Origin: Verrucomicrobiota bacterium
GTDB taxonomy: Bacteria; Verrucomicrobiota; Verrucomicrobiia; Limisphaerales; Palsa-1400
Direction: 5' to 3'
Length of the DNA stretch: 64,000 bases
Assembly: GCA_049510745.1 (NCBI GenBank)
Contig: JBEKYR010000001.1
Location: 124,392 to 188,391 of the forward strand
Shown here: positions 19,669 to 29,432 of the stretch, one piece after another
Numbering within the stretch: the first letter of the stretch is position 1
Layout: every line of letters starts with the position of its first letter
Translations under genes and position numbers: made by a program
The notes under the pieces: model-generated
The model's input: the letters and a program-made list of their open reading frames with translations, nothing else
Databases searched by the model: none
What the model was told of the DNA's origin: nothing

Positions 19669-19902
19669 ATGAACGAACTATTGTCCCGCATCACGATTGA
19701 TCCGGAGATTTGCCACGGCAAACCGGCCATCCGCCACTTGCGGTATCCGGTGGAGTCCATGTTGGAATATCTGGCGGCAGGCGACACGTTTGAGGATTTG
19801 CTGGGCGAATTCCCTGATCTGGAACGCGACGATTTGCGAGCGTGTCTGGAATTCGCCGCGCAATCGCTCAAGCTTAAAAGCCAGCATCTGGCGCTGACAT
19901 GA
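19669..19902 (+). CDS. DUF433-family antitoxin-like protein
   Basis: ITIDPEICHGKPAIRHLRYPVESMLEYLAAGDTFEDLLGEFPDLERDDLRACLEFA is a typical DUF433 sequence. Start chosen at MNELL within ORF 19624-19902. Confidence 0.8.
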   Translation: MNELLSRITIDPEICHGKPAIRHLRYPVESMLEYLAAGDTFEDLLGEFPDLERDDLRACLEFAAQSLKLKSQHLALT

Positions 19903-20252
19903 GATTCGTGGTGGACGCGCACTTGCCGCCCGGTTTGTGTGCCCTGCTCAAGGCGGCGGGGCACGATGCGATTCACACCAGCCGGTTGCCTGCGCAAAAC
20001 CGGACGCCGGACGAAGTTCTCAATGAACTTTCGCTCCAGGAACAGCGCGTGGTCGTCACGAAAGATTTGGATTTTTATCATTCGCATTTGCTGCATGGCA
20101 GGCCTTGGAAACTGCTGCTCGTGCGCACGGGGAACATTCGCAGCCGCGATCTCAAAGCGCTGTTTCAAACCCATTTGTCCGCCATCCTCACCGCGCTGGA
20201 ACAAAACTCGCTTGTCGAACTCGACCGCCAAAAGGTGCAGGTCATTGTGTGA
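19899..20252 (+). CDS. DUF5615-family PIN-like toxin
   Basis: MRFVVDAHLPPGLCALLKAAGHDAIH...VVVTKDLDF. 4-bp overlap with the upstream DUF433 gene, the usual pair arrangement. Confidence 0.8.
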   Translation: MRFVVDAHLPPGLCALLKAAGHDAIHTSRLPAQNRTPDEVLNELSLQEQRVVVTKDLDFYHSHLLHGRPWKLLLVRTGNIRSRDLKALFQTHLSAILTALEQNSLVELDRQKVQVIV

Positions 20253-20356
20253 CGCCGAGCAAAGCTGCAAACGAGTCCCACATATCCTCGCATGAAGGGT
20301 CAAGCCCGGAATGCGGAATTATAATTCCGGAAGTGCGGTGGTCTCACAAGGAGCGA

Positions 20357-20554
20357 TCAATTTCGACAGAGGTTCAACCCAAAAATCGGCATGGCAATAC
20401 GGTTTGGCGGAGGAGGACGAATGGGACCAATGGGACGGATATGGACAGGCAAGACGGGGATTACGATTACGATTACGATTGAGAAAAGGACGAACGGGAC
20501 AGACGGGAAGGCGAGCCAGCCGTTGGTGTCCAGGAAAACGACGTTATCCGGCAT
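20357..20554 (-). pseudogene. PIN-domain toxin remnant, disrupted after ~15 codons by a repeat element
   Basis: Starts MPDNVVFLDTNGWLA, a PIN N-terminal strand with its Asp, and overlaps the upstream antitoxin end. The rest of the ORF is translated repeat DNA, including (gattac)n at ~20457-20480. Confidence 0.55.
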
Positions 20555-20780
20555 GGTTTACTTTCGGATGTCCGTAGAGGTAATGATCCGCATTGGTGGC
20601 CAGATCGGGAATGCCGGTCTCGACTGCTTGCTCGCCCATCCGAAAAGGACCGCATTCACCCGCCACTATGCCGTGGCCGCCAGGCTCCTCGGTTTGGACG
20701 TGAACGGGGGCGCCGTCCGGGAGGGTCGCTCCTGGTTCCAGCATCACCACATTGCCTTTGACTGTTCCGCGGTAAATCAT
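20544..20780 (-). CDS. Putative antitoxin, paralog of 54425-54646
   Basis: MIYRGTVKGNVVMLEPGATLPDGAPVHVQTEEP...DLATNADHYLYGHPK aligns by eye with MSVTGKVKNGVVVLPPGTKFPEGAEVRIETGEP...DYALNHGHYISGEPK. Start chosen at the internal ATG at 20780. Confidence 0.6.
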   Translation of the reverse strand: MIYRGTVKGNVVMLEPGATLPDGAPVHVQTEEPGGHGIVAGECGPFRMGEQAVETGIPDLATNADHYLYGHPKVNHAG

Positions 20781-20957
20781 GATGTCAGTATCCGCACCTT
20801 CATCTAATTTCGCTCCGAGGCATTCGGCGCAAACTGTCAATGCTCATGTTCGTAAAGCTGCCGTACTGCGTGGAAACAAGCAAGCTCGGAGCGGAATCCC
20901 AAATCCTAACGCGGCCTTACCGCCGAGCGATGACCTGTACAATTTGGATGGGAGAGC

Positions 20958-21019
20958 GAAGAAGCGGTCGGCGAGGGCGCCGACCGCAGCACGCGGGGCG
21001 CGTGCGCTCCCGAAAGTCA
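20958..21019 (+). repeat. GC-rich double-hairpin repeat R2 (copy 2)
   Basis: gtcggcgagggcgccgac and acgcggggcgcgtgcgct stems. Homologous to 6851-6910. Confidence 0.65.
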
Positions 21020-21237
21020 GCGTTCAACGCGGAAGCGTAAAATGATCGCCCGCCTTGGACCCTGTGCCTCCAAACGCACAGGGGCAAGGGACCGCGAAGC
21101 GGGACAAAAGTTGAGTCTTTTGCCGCCTCCCCCTGTCTCAAAACCTGTCCAGCACTGTCGTAATAAGCCATTGCAAATGAGAAAAATCATCGTAACCTGT
21201 GCGTCGCTTCCGGCAGCCCAGTCTGCCTGAGAGCACC

Positions 21238-22200
21238 ATGCGACAATTTATTACAATCGCCGGAAATGCCTTTATGGAGCTGATCCGGCAGCCGGTTTTC
21301 CTGCTGCTGATGACGGTTTCGTCGTTGTTTGAGGTGTTCCTGGCTTGCGTCAATTATTTCGGATTCGGGGACGAACCGAAGCTGGTCAAGAACAGCGCCC
21401 TAGCGGTGATGCTCCTGGCCGGGCTGTTTGGGGCGGTGTTGAGCGCGTCGGCCTCGGTCGCGCGCGAAATCCGCAGCGGGACCGCCCTGGCCGTGCTGGC
21501 CAAACCGGTCAGCCGCGCCCAATTCCTGCTGGCCAAATACGCCGGTCTCGCTTTGGCGCTGGCTGTTCTGACTTTCGTCAACACCATCGCCGCCCTGCTG
21601 GCCACGCGCATGGCTTTTGACGCATATGGCGACATCGATTATCCGGGGTTGAGTGTTTTTTGCGGCGCGCTGGTTTTGGGCTATGTCATCGCCGGGTTCA
21701 GCAATTTCTTCCTGCGGCGGCCGTTTGTTTCGGACGCGGTTTTCGCCGTGGTGGTGATGGCGGTGGTAGCCTTTGCGGTGTTGCAGTATATTCCGCGGGA
21801 AGCCGGGCGAATGGGGATGGATTACAAGGGAATCGATTGGCGGGTGATTCCCGCCTCGGCCTTGATCTGGATGGCGCTGCTGATCCTGGCGGCGCTGGCC
21901 CTGGCGTGCTCGACGCGGGTGGAAATGGTGCCGACGCTGGCGATATGTTCAGCCTTGTTTTTGATGGGGTTGGTGTCCGATTATTTCTGGGGGACGCGCG
22001 CCAAGGCCGGCACGTGGTGGGCTTCGGTGCTTTACGCCGTGACGCCGAATTGGCAATTGTTCTGGCTGGCGGACGCGCTGGAGGGGACCAACAAGATACC
22101 GTTGGGCTATCTGGGCCGGGCGTTTGGCTATGCGTGCGCGTATATCGGGGCGATCCTGGCGCTGGCGCTGGCCTTGTTTGAGGATCGCGAACTGAGTTGA
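21238..22200 (+). CDS. ABC-2-type transporter permease
   Basis: Polytopic membrane protein with EIRSGTALAVLAKPVSRAQFLLAKY, the E..GT...L...P.sR....gK signature of ABC-2/NosY/GldF-like permeases. Start chosen at MRQFITIAG. Confidence 0.75.
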   Translation: MRQFITIAGNAFMELIRQPVFLLLMTVSSLFEVFLACVNYFGFGDEPKLVKNSALAVMLLAGLFGAVLSASASVAREIRSGTALAVLAKPVSRAQFLLAKYAGLALALAVLTFVNTIAALLATRMAFDAYGDIDYPGLSVFCGALVLGYVIAGFSNFFLRRPFVSDAVFAVVVMAVVAFAVLQYIPREAGRMGMDYKGIDWRVIPASALIWMALLILAALALACSTRVEMVPTLAICSALFLMGLVSDYFWGTRAKAGTWWASVLYAVTPNWQLFWLADALEGTNKIPLGYLGRAFGYACAYIGAILALALALFEDRELS

Positions 22201-24080
22201 TGATAAGAATGGAATCCAACGCCAAAAGAATTGGTTTGATGAACTGGATCGTCCTGCTGGGGGCGACGATCGGGATGCTGCTGGTGGCGCGCTTCGTCAG
22301 TTCGAGCGCGGCAGTGATGGCCACGGTGCTGACGGGATTCGGGCTGCTGGTGGGATTGTTGAGCTATTTCCACATGGGGTTGGTGGAGCGGGAACAGTTC
22401 GAGCGGATGGAAGTGGAGGAATTGAGCAAGGCACGCGGGAGCCAATCGCTCTTTGCGACCGCGGCGGCAGACACGTTTCCGGCCAAGCGCTCGCGGGAAC
22501 AGTTCGAGCGGTTTATCGTCCCGGGTTTCACCGGGCTGCTGTTCCTGGCGCAAGGATGGGCCGCCTATTGGCCTTGGGAAAAGCTCCCGGCCATGCCCGC
22601 CCTGGCGGCTGATCGGGCGACGCTGGCCATGGCGTTGTTGGGGTTGTTCGGTCTGATCCTTTTTCTGCTGGGCAAATACTCCAGCGGGCTGGCCCGTCTG
22701 CAAAACCAGAAGTTGTTGCGTCCGGGCGCGGCCTATTTGCTGCTCAGCGCCTACGCCTGCTTTACCGCGACCTGCGCCATTGCCGCCGTCCTGGCGGGTT
22801 TTCCCAGGGCCGACCTTTTCGTCGGACGCGCCTTGTGCGTCATATCGGGATTGGCGGCGGTGGAAACGCTGCTGGCGTTGATCCTGGAGGTCTATCGCGT
22901 GCGGGTGCAGGGGCGGGACGCGCGATTGCTCTATGAAAGCCGGCTGGTGGGATTGCTGGGCCAGCCGGAAGCGATCATCACGACCGCCGCGCACGCGCTG
23001 GATTACCAATTTGGCTTCAAGGTGTCCGAGACGTGGTTTTATCGTTTTCTGGAAAAGGCGCTGGGCTGGCTGGTGCTGGCGCAATTGGGCGCATTGGTGG
23101 CATCGACCTGCTTTGTCATCATCCAGCCGGGCGACCAGGCGTTGCTGGAGCGTTTTGGCCGGCCATTGGGCAACCAGGGCGTGATCGGACCCGGCTTGCA
23201 TCTCAAACTGCCCTGGCCGATCGACCGCACCATCGTTTATCACACCGAGCAAATCCAAACTTTCATCGTCGGCGCCGAACCGGAAAGGAGCGAGACGATT
23301 GCCTGGGCTGTGAGCCACGCCAAAGAGGAGAATTTCCTGGTGGCGAGCAAGGAATTGAATCCGGAGATTCAATCCAACCAAATGACGGAGGCGAAAAGCC
23401 CGCCGGTCAACCTGCTTTCGGTCAGCATCCCGGTGCAATATCAGATCACCAATCTGGCCACCTGGGCCTACACCAACGAAGACCCGCAAACGCTCCTCAA
23501 AGGCATCTCCGAGCGCGAGGTGGCCCGCTATCTGGCCAGCGCCGACCTGGATGATTTGATGTCGCGCGGACGGGCCGCCGCCGCCGAGAGCCTGCGCCGA
23601 AACATCCAGGGGCAGGTGGACACCCTGCAATTGGGGGCGCGCGTGACTTTTGTCGGCTTGGAAGACATCCATCCGCCGGTCAAGGTGGCGAAGATTTTTG
23701 AACAGGTGGTGGGGGCGGCGCAGACCCGGGATTCGAAGATATTGCAGGCGCAGGCCTATGCGGTCTCGACCAACGCTTTCGCCAGCGGAGAAAGTTTCAA
23801 GAGGGTGGCCACAGCCAACGCCGACGAGCACAGCGCGGTGACCAATTCCGCCGCCCGGGCCGTGCTCTTTGCCAGCCAGCAAATGGCTTACAGCGCCGCG
23901 CCAGGCCGCAACGGCGTCTATGAGCAGCGCGCCTACCTGGAAACCCTCGTCGAGGGCGGCAGCCAGTCGCGCAAGTACATCATTGCCACCACCAACACGC
24001 CGGACATCCTCATTTTCAATCTGGAGGACAAAATACGGACAGATTTGATCGACAAGCTCCCGTCGCCGACTCAAAAGTGA
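22200..24080 (+). CDS. Polytopic membrane protein with C-terminal SPFH/Band-7 domain
   Basis: About 300 aa with multiple hydrophobic helices, then an SPFH core (IIQPGDQALLERFGRPLG...GLHLKLPWPIDR). The start overlaps the upstream stop. Confidence 0.8.
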   Translation: MIRMESNAKRIGLMNWIVLLGATIGMLLVARFVSSSAAVMATVLTGFGLLVGLLSYFHMGLVEREQFERMEVEELSKARGSQSLFATAAADTFPAKRSREQFERFIVPGFTGLLFLAQGWAAYWPWEKLPAMPALAADRATLAMALLGLFGLILFLLGKYSSGLARLQNQKLLRPGAAYLLLSAYACFTATCAIAAVLAGFPRADLFVGRALCVISGLAAVETLLALILEVYRVRVQGRDARLLYESRLVGLLGQPEAIITTAAHALDYQFGFKVSETWFYRFLEKALGWLVLAQLGALVASTCFVIIQPGDQALLERFGRPLGNQGVIGPGLHLKLPWPIDRTIVYHTEQIQTFIVGAEPERSETIAWAVSHAKEENFLVASKELNPEIQSNQMTEAKSPPVNLLSVSIPVQYQITNLATWAYTNEDPQTLLKGISEREVARYLASADLDDLMSRGRAAAAESLRRNIQGQVDTLQLGARVTFVGLEDIHPPVKVAKIFEQVVGAAQTRDSKILQAQAYAVSTNAFASGESFKRVATANADEHSAVTNSAARAVLFASQQMAYSAAPGRNGVYEQRAYLETLVEGGSQSRKYIIATTNTPDILIFNLEDKIRTDLIDKLPSPTQK

Positions 24081-24081
24081 T

Positions 24082-25041
24082 ATGAAACGAAATCCCCTTA
24101 CCCTGTTAGTGGCCTTCATCTTGATCGTCATCTTCGGCTTGCTCCTGTTTATTTACCAGGTGCGCAAATCCGAGGCGGCGGTGGTGACACGATTCGGCAA
24201 GATCGACCGCGTCAAGACCGAGCCTGGCCCCGGCCTGCGCTGGCCCTGGCCGATCGAAGACGTCTATAAGCTGGACCAGCGCATCCAGAACTTCGAGGGC
24301 AAGTACGAGCAATTCAAGCTGCCCGACCAGAACATCATCCTCTTGTCGGTCTATGTCGGCTACCGCATCGAGGACCCGAAGGCGTTCTTCCCCAAGTTCG
24401 CCAAAGGGTCGATTCCCGAGGCGGAAAAGGTGCTGGAAGACTTGGTGCGCAGCGCCAAGAATGAAGTGGCCGGACAGCATCCCTTCTCGGATTTCGTGGC
24501 GACCGATGAACGGCAGATGAAATTCACCCAGATCGAAAACGAAATCCTGCAAAAAGTGCGCAAACAAGTGACCGAGCTGAACTACGGGCTGGACATGAAG
24601 TTCATCCAGATCAGGAAAATCGGGCTGCCCGACAGCGTGACGCAAAACGTCTTCGACCGCATGACATCCGAGCGGCAGTACTACATCTCCAAGGTCCAGT
24701 CGCAGGGCGAGGAGGCGGCGAAAAAGATCAAATCCGAAGCCGACAGCAAGGCCGCCATCCTGCTGGCCGACGCCGACGCCCAGGCCTTCAAAATCCGGGG
24801 CGAAGGCGAGGCGCAGATGATGAAATCGCTGGCGGTGTTGCAGGAGAATCCGGCGCTGGCCACGTTCAACATGCAGATTTCCGCGTTGCAGCAATTGCTC
24901 AGGGAAAAATCGACCCTCGTGCTCGATGCCAGCAGTTCCCCGTTGCAGTGGCTCCAGATGCAGCAAGCGGGCAAATCCGCCCCGACCAATGCCGCTTCCC
25001 CGGCTGAGGCCGGCTCGCTGACGAATAAAGACCCGAAATGA
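24082..25041 (+). CDS. SPFH-domain protein, HflC-like
   Basis: One N-terminal TM helix, then VRKSEAAVVTRFGKIDRVKTEPGPGLRWPWPIEDV and a coiled-coil tail. 319 aa. Confidence 0.85.
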   Translation: MKRNPLTLLVAFILIVIFGLLLFIYQVRKSEAAVVTRFGKIDRVKTEPGPGLRWPWPIEDVYKLDQRIQNFEGKYEQFKLPDQNIILLSVYVGYRIEDPKAFFPKFAKGSIPEAEKVLEDLVRSAKNEVAGQHPFSDFVATDERQMKFTQIENEILQKVRKQVTELNYGLDMKFIQIRKIGLPDSVTQNVFDRMTSERQYYISKVQSQGEEAAKKIKSEADSKAAILLADADAQAFKIRGEGEAQMMKSLAVLQENPALATFNMQISALQQLLREKSTLVLDASSSPLQWLQMQQAGKSAPTNAASPAEAGSLTNKDPK

Positions 25042-26147
25042 ACCCCCAGGACCCCATTCTGCCCTCGCCGCCGCCGAGCGCGCCGCCCCCGCCCCCGCCG
25101 GGTCCGCCGCCGGCTGTGGAAGACGCCGGAACGCAGGCGCTGGCCGAAGCCCTGCGCAGCAGCTTTTTCATTGTCAAGATCATTATGGTGGGGCTGGCGC
25201 TGGTCTTCCTTGGCTCGGGCTTTTTCACCGTCGGTCCGCAAGAGAAAGCGGTCATCCTGCGCCTGGGCAAGCCGATCGGGGAAGGCGAGGGCGCGCTGCT
25301 CAGTCCGGGTTTGCACTGGGCCTTTCCCCGGGGCATTTATGAAGTCGAACACATTCCGTTCACCTCCCTGCAAATGGCCGAGTCGTCCGTCGGCTGGTAC
25401 CTGACGCCCGAAGAGCGCGCCAAAGGAGCCGCCCCGCCGCCCGGCTCGTCCTCGCTCAATCCGGCCACCACCACCTACGCATTGACGGCCGACACCAACA
25501 TCATTCACGTCGTGGCGACCCTGAAATACCGGATCACCGACCCGATTACCTTCCATTTTGATTTTGCCAACGCGCCGTCTTTCATCACCAACGCCCTGAA
25601 CAACGCCTTGCTGTTTGCCACCAGCCAGTTTCCAGTCGATGACATCCTGACGCGAAACCGGGCCGCCTTCCGGGAACGGGTCACGGAACGGGCCCGTCAA
25701 TTGATTGACTCGCAAAAAATCGGAGTGACGGTGGATCAATTGGATGTCGATGCCTCGCCCCCGCTCTATCTCAAGCCCAAGTTTGACGAAGTCGATACGG
25801 CCATGCTCAAACGCGACAAAGCCCGCAACGACGCGCAGAGCTACGCGACCACCACCGAGGCGGAAGCCCGCGGCGAGTCCGCCACGCGCGTCTTTGTCGC
25901 GGATGCCCAGCGCAAACGGCTGGTGGAAATGGTGACCGCGCAAGCCGACACCTTCCAGAAACTGCGGGGCCAATACGAGCATGACCCGGCGTTTTTCGAG
26001 CGCGTCCGCCAGATGACGGTGCTGGAGGAGGTTTATACCAATGCCCAGCAAAAGATCATCATGGCGCCGAACACGCATGAGTTGCGCCTGGAATTGAGCC
26101 GCGAGCCGGAGGCGCCTTCCACGAATAACATCATCATGTCGCAATAA
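25038..26147 (+). CDS. SPFH-domain protein, HflK-like, with Pro-rich N-terminus
   Basis: PPPSAPPPPPPGPPP N-terminus, a TM helix, then VGPQEKAVILRLGKPIG...GLHWAFPRGI. ATGA overlap with the upstream gene. Confidence 0.8.
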   Translation: MNPQDPILPSPPPSAPPPPPPGPPPAVEDAGTQALAEALRSSFFIVKIIMVGLALVFLGSGFFTVGPQEKAVILRLGKPIGEGEGALLSPGLHWAFPRGIYEVEHIPFTSLQMAESSVGWYLTPEERAKGAAPPPGSSSLNPATTTYALTADTNIIHVVATLKYRITDPITFHFDFANAPSFITNALNNALLFATSQFPVDDILTRNRAAFRERVTERARQLIDSQKIGVTVDQLDVDASPPLYLKPKFDEVDTAMLKRDKARNDAQSYATTTEAEARGESATRVFVADAQRKRLVEMVTAQADTFQKLRGQYEHDPAFFERVRQMTVLEEVYTNAQQKIIMAPNTHELRLELSREPEAPSTNNIIMSQ

Positions 26148-26151
26148 TTTT

Positions 26152-28218
26152 ATGCAAGTGACCTCTCTCCTGAGCCGCCGCGAAGACGAGCATGACCACG
26201 CGCACGGGGAATCGTGCGCCAATGGCGGCCACGACCACGACCACGCCGTGCTGCCGCTGGCGCAAACGTTGATTGGCCTGGTCTTTGTCCTCAATTCGTT
26301 TGTCGTCAACTGGTTCTTTTCCGACAACGCCAACCCGATCGCGGACGGCAGCGCGATGATCGGGGCGATCATCCTCGGCTACCCGATTGTCTGGACGGCC
26401 ATCAATGATTTGCGCCGGGGTCTGCTCACGACCAACGAACTGGTGGCCCTGGCCGTGGTGGCTTCCTTTGGCTCGGCGAATCTCCTGGTGGTTTCCTTTG
26501 GCTCGGCGAATGTCCAAGTGGGCGGCTACCAGCAGGCGGGCGTCATCGCCTTCTTCATGTTGATGGGCCAAATCATTGAAACGCGCACGGCCGAAGGCGC
26601 CCGCGCTTCCATCGAATCCCTCATCAAGCTCACTCCGCCCAAAGCCCGCCGCGTCACCAAAGACGGCGAAGAGGAGATCGAAACGAAGCTCCTCGCCGTG
26701 GGCGACGTTATTCGAGTTCGTCCCGGAGACAATGTCGCGGCCGACGGGGTGATTGTGACCGGCCAGGGTTCCTTCAATCAGGCCACCATCACCGGCGAGT
26801 CCTTGCCGGTCGATAAAAAGCCCGGGGACGAAGTCTTTGCCGGGACGCAAAACCTGACGGGAGCGCTGGAAATCCGGGTGACGCGGGCGGGGCAGGACAC
26901 GACGTTGGGCAAGGTGCGGGAACTGATCCTGGCGGCGGAGAAAACCAAGCTGCCGCTGATGCGGATCATCGACCAGTACATGGGCTATTATACGCCGCTG
27001 GTGCTGCTGATCGGCGCATTGGTGTGGGCGTTCACCTCCGATATGAGCCGCGTGATCACGGTCCTTATTGTCTCGTGTCCGTGCGCTTTCATTCTCGCCA
27101 CACCCAGCGCGATGGTCGCGGCCCTGTCGGCCGCCGCGCGGCTGGGCATCCTAATCAAAAACGTCGGCGACATCGAGTTGGCGGCGCGCATCAACGCATT
27201 TGTATTTGACAAAACGGGCACTCTCACCACGGGACGGCTGGCCGTCAGCCGCCTTCAGCCCATGAACGGCGCGACGGCGGCGGAACTGCTCCGCGTGGCG
27301 GGTTCGGCCGAGAAATACAGCAACCATCCCACGGCCAAGGCGCTGGCCCAGTTGGCGGGCGAAGCCGGCGTGCCCCTTTGCGAGCCGAAGGATTTCGCCG
27401 AAGCCGCCGGCCGGGGCGTCAGCGCGCAGGTCGAAGGGGCCAGGGTGCTGGTGGGCCGCGCCCAGTGGCTCAAGGAACAAGGCATCGCGGAGGATTTTCT
27501 CAAATCCGTCGATCTCAATGAAACGGAGGGTTTCAGCCTGATCTTCGTGGCCCGCGACGGCAAATGCCTCGGGTGGGTCGGCCTGCAAGACCAAACCCGC
27601 TCCGAAGCCCGCGAGGCGCTGGCCGATCTGAAATCCACCGGCGTGCGCCGCATCGCCATGATTTCCGGCGACCGCCAGCCGGTGGCCACCCGCGTCGCGC
27701 GCGAAATCGGCTGCGAAGAAGTCATGGGCGAATGCCTCCCGCAGAACAAAGTGGATTTTGTCCGCCAAATAAAAGCCAAAGGCTACCGCGTGGCTGTCGT
27801 CGGCGACGGCGTCAACGACGCGCCCGCGCTGGCGGCCGGCGACCTGGGCATCGCCATGGGCGCGGCGGGCAGCGAAGTGGCCATCCACAGCGCCACCATC
27901 GCGCTGATGAACAACGATCTGCGCCGCCTGCCGTTCCTGGTCCGGCTCTCGCGCCAGACGCGGTCGGTCATCAACCAGAATTTCCTTGTCGGCATTGTGT
28001 TTGTCATCGGCGGCCTGGTTTTGGCCTCGCTCAAGTACATCAATCCGATCACCGCCGCCGTCCTCCACGTCATCGGTTCGCTCATTGTTGTCTTCAACAG
28101 CGCCCGGCTCGTGCGGCAGGGCGAGGAGTTGGAACCGCACCTGGCCGCCGCGCCGGAAGCGCCCGGCCCATCGGCGCCAACCCCGCCGTCTCTGACGCCC
28201 AAAGCTGTGCCTGCATGA
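26152..28218 (+). CDS. Heavy-metal-translocating P1B-type ATPase
   Basis: His-rich N-terminus HDHAHGESCANGGHDHDH, TGES (ITGESLPV), CPC (SCPCAFILATPSA), DKTGTLT and GDGVNDAPAL. Metal specificity cannot be called by eye. Confidence 0.92.
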   Translation: MQVTSLLSRREDEHDHAHGESCANGGHDHDHAVLPLAQTLIGLVFVLNSFVVNWFFSDNANPIADGSAMIGAIILGYPIVWTAINDLRRGLLTTNELVALAVVASFGSANLLVVSFGSANVQVGGYQQAGVIAFFMLMGQIIETRTAEGARASIESLIKLTPPKARRVTKDGEEEIETKLLAVGDVIRVRPGDNVAADGVIVTGQGSFNQATITGESLPVDKKPGDEVFAGTQNLTGALEIRVTRAGQDTTLGKVRELILAAEKTKLPLMRIIDQYMGYYTPLVLLIGALVWAFTSDMSRVITVLIVSCPCAFILATPSAMVAALSAAARLGILIKNVGDIELAARINAFVFDKTGTLTTGRLAVSRLQPMNGATAAELLRVAGSAEKYSNHPTAKALAQLAGEAGVPLCEPKDFAEAAGRGVSAQVEGARVLVGRAQWLKEQGIAEDFLKSVDLNETEGFSLIFVARDGKCLGWVGLQDQTRSEAREALADLKSTGVRRIAMISGDRQPVATRVAREIGCEEVMGECLPQNKVDFVRQIKAKGYRVAVVGDGVNDAPALAAGDLGIAMGAAGSEVAIHSATIALMNNDLRRLPFLVRLSRQTRSVINQNFLVGIVFVIGGLVLASLKYINPITAAVLHVIGSLIVVFNSARLVRQGEELEPHLAAAPEAPGPSAPTPPSLTPKAVPA

Positions 28219-29432
28219 GTGCTGTCGCTCAAATCCCCGCGACCGCCGCGCCCGCGCCCGAAATGCCCCGTTCCGGCGAGCCGGTGGTCGCCGTGCGCGG
28301 ATTGACCAAAATTTTCAAGGACTTCTGGGGCCGCCCCAAGGCCAAAGCCGTCGATAACGTCGATTTTGAAGTGCGGCGCGGCGAGGTCTTCGGCCTGCTG
28401 GGCCCCAACGGTTCCGGCAAATCGACCACGGTCAAGCTGCTGCTCGGATTGCTCTATCCGACCCGCGGCCACATCGAAGTCTTCGGCCATTCCCCGCGCC
28501 ACGTGGCGAGCAAGGCGCACATCGGCTACTTGCCAGAGGAATCCTACCTTTATCGCTTTTTGGATTCGCGCGAAACGCTCGACTTTTTCGGCAACCTTTT
28601 TGATTTGCCCGCCGGGCAGCGCCGCCAGCGCAACGAACAGCTTTTGGAAATGGTCGGCTTGAGCCAGGTGCGCACGCGGGTGGTCGGCGAGTTTTCCAAG
28701 GGGATGCAGCGGCGCATCGGACTGGCCCAGGCGCTGATCAACGATCCCGACCTGGTCCTGCTGGACGAGCCGACCGCCGGCATGGACCCCATTGGCTGCC
28801 GCGAAGTCAAGGACCTGATCCTCGCCCTGGCGCGCCGGGGCAAAACGGTCATTCTCAGCAGCCATTTGCTCTCCGAAGTCGAGGATGTCTGCGACCGTGT
28901 CGTCATCTATTATGGCGGACGCATTCACGCCATGGGCACCTTGAAGGAATTGCTCACCAAGCCGGACTCCGTGCGCATTACCACGCCGCTGCTGCCGCGC
29001 GAGAGCATGGAACAGGTCCTGAACATCATTCGCAAGGACGTGGGGGAGGAGAAAATTCAGATCGACAACCCGACGCAAAACCTGGAGAGCTATTTCCTGG
29101 ATGTCGTGCGCCAGGCAAAGGAGCGTCTGGAGGAAACTTCCGGCGCCACTTCCGGCAGCCACGTCGCCGCCTACCTGCGCGGCGACGCGGAATCCGAGCC
29201 GACGACGGACAAGGTCCTGGAACGGCTGACCCATGCGGCCGCGGCCAAGCCGGCGGAACCCGCGCCCGCACCCGAACCCCAGCAGAAGATCGACCAGGCC
29301 AAACTGGAATCGTTGGCCAAGCCCGCCGAGCCTGCGGCCCCGCCGCCGCCGCCGCCGCCGGCGCCCCCGGTCGATTTGGACAAAGCCAACCAGAAGCTCT
29401 CCTCGCTGCTGGGCCATCCGGGCGAGAAATGA
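28215..29432 (+). CDS. ABC transporter ATP-binding protein with Pro/Ala-rich C-terminal tail
   Basis: Start at MSAVAQIP (ATGA overlap with the ATPase stop). Walker A GPNGSGKST, signature SKGMQRR, Walker B LVLLDEPTAGMD, and a C-terminal tail ...AEPAPAPEPQQ...PPPPPPPAPP. Confidence 0.9.
   Translation: MSAVAQIPATAAPAPEMPRSGEPVVAVRGLTKIFKDFWGRPKAKAVDNVDFEVRRGEVFGLLGPNGSGKSTTVKLLLGLLYPTRGHIEVFGHSPRHVASKAHIGYLPEESYLYRFLDSRETLDFFGNLFDLPAGQRRQRNEQLLEMVGLSQVRTRVVGEFSKGMQRRIGLAQALINDPDLVLLDEPTAGMDPIGCREVKDLILALARRGKTVILSSHLLSEVEDVCDRVVIYYGGRIHAMGTLKELLTKPDSVRITTPLLPRESMEQVLNIIRKDVGEEKIQIDNPTQNLESYFLDVVRQAKERLEETSGATSGSHVAAYLRGDAESEPTTDKVLERLTHAAAAKPAEPAPAPEPQQKIDQAKLESLAKPAEPAAPPPPPPPAPPVDLDKANQKLSSLLGHPGEK

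Noticed and set aside
20306-20338. A perfect 16-nt palindrome cggaattataattccg (20314-20329), flanked by ccggaatgcgg/ccggaagtgcgg, downstream of the DUF5615 gene. I considered it as a terminator or operator.
   Set aside because: There is no following T-tract for an intrinsic terminator, and there are no second copies or an associated regulator to support an operator role. It is noted only as a curiosity.
27564-28214. An N-terminal extension of the ABC ATPase ORF (tool ORF 27564-29432).
   Set aside because: It lies inside the P-type ATPase gene in a different frame and is Arg/Pro-rich. The ATG at 28215 gives an ATGA overlap and a normal distance to Walker A.
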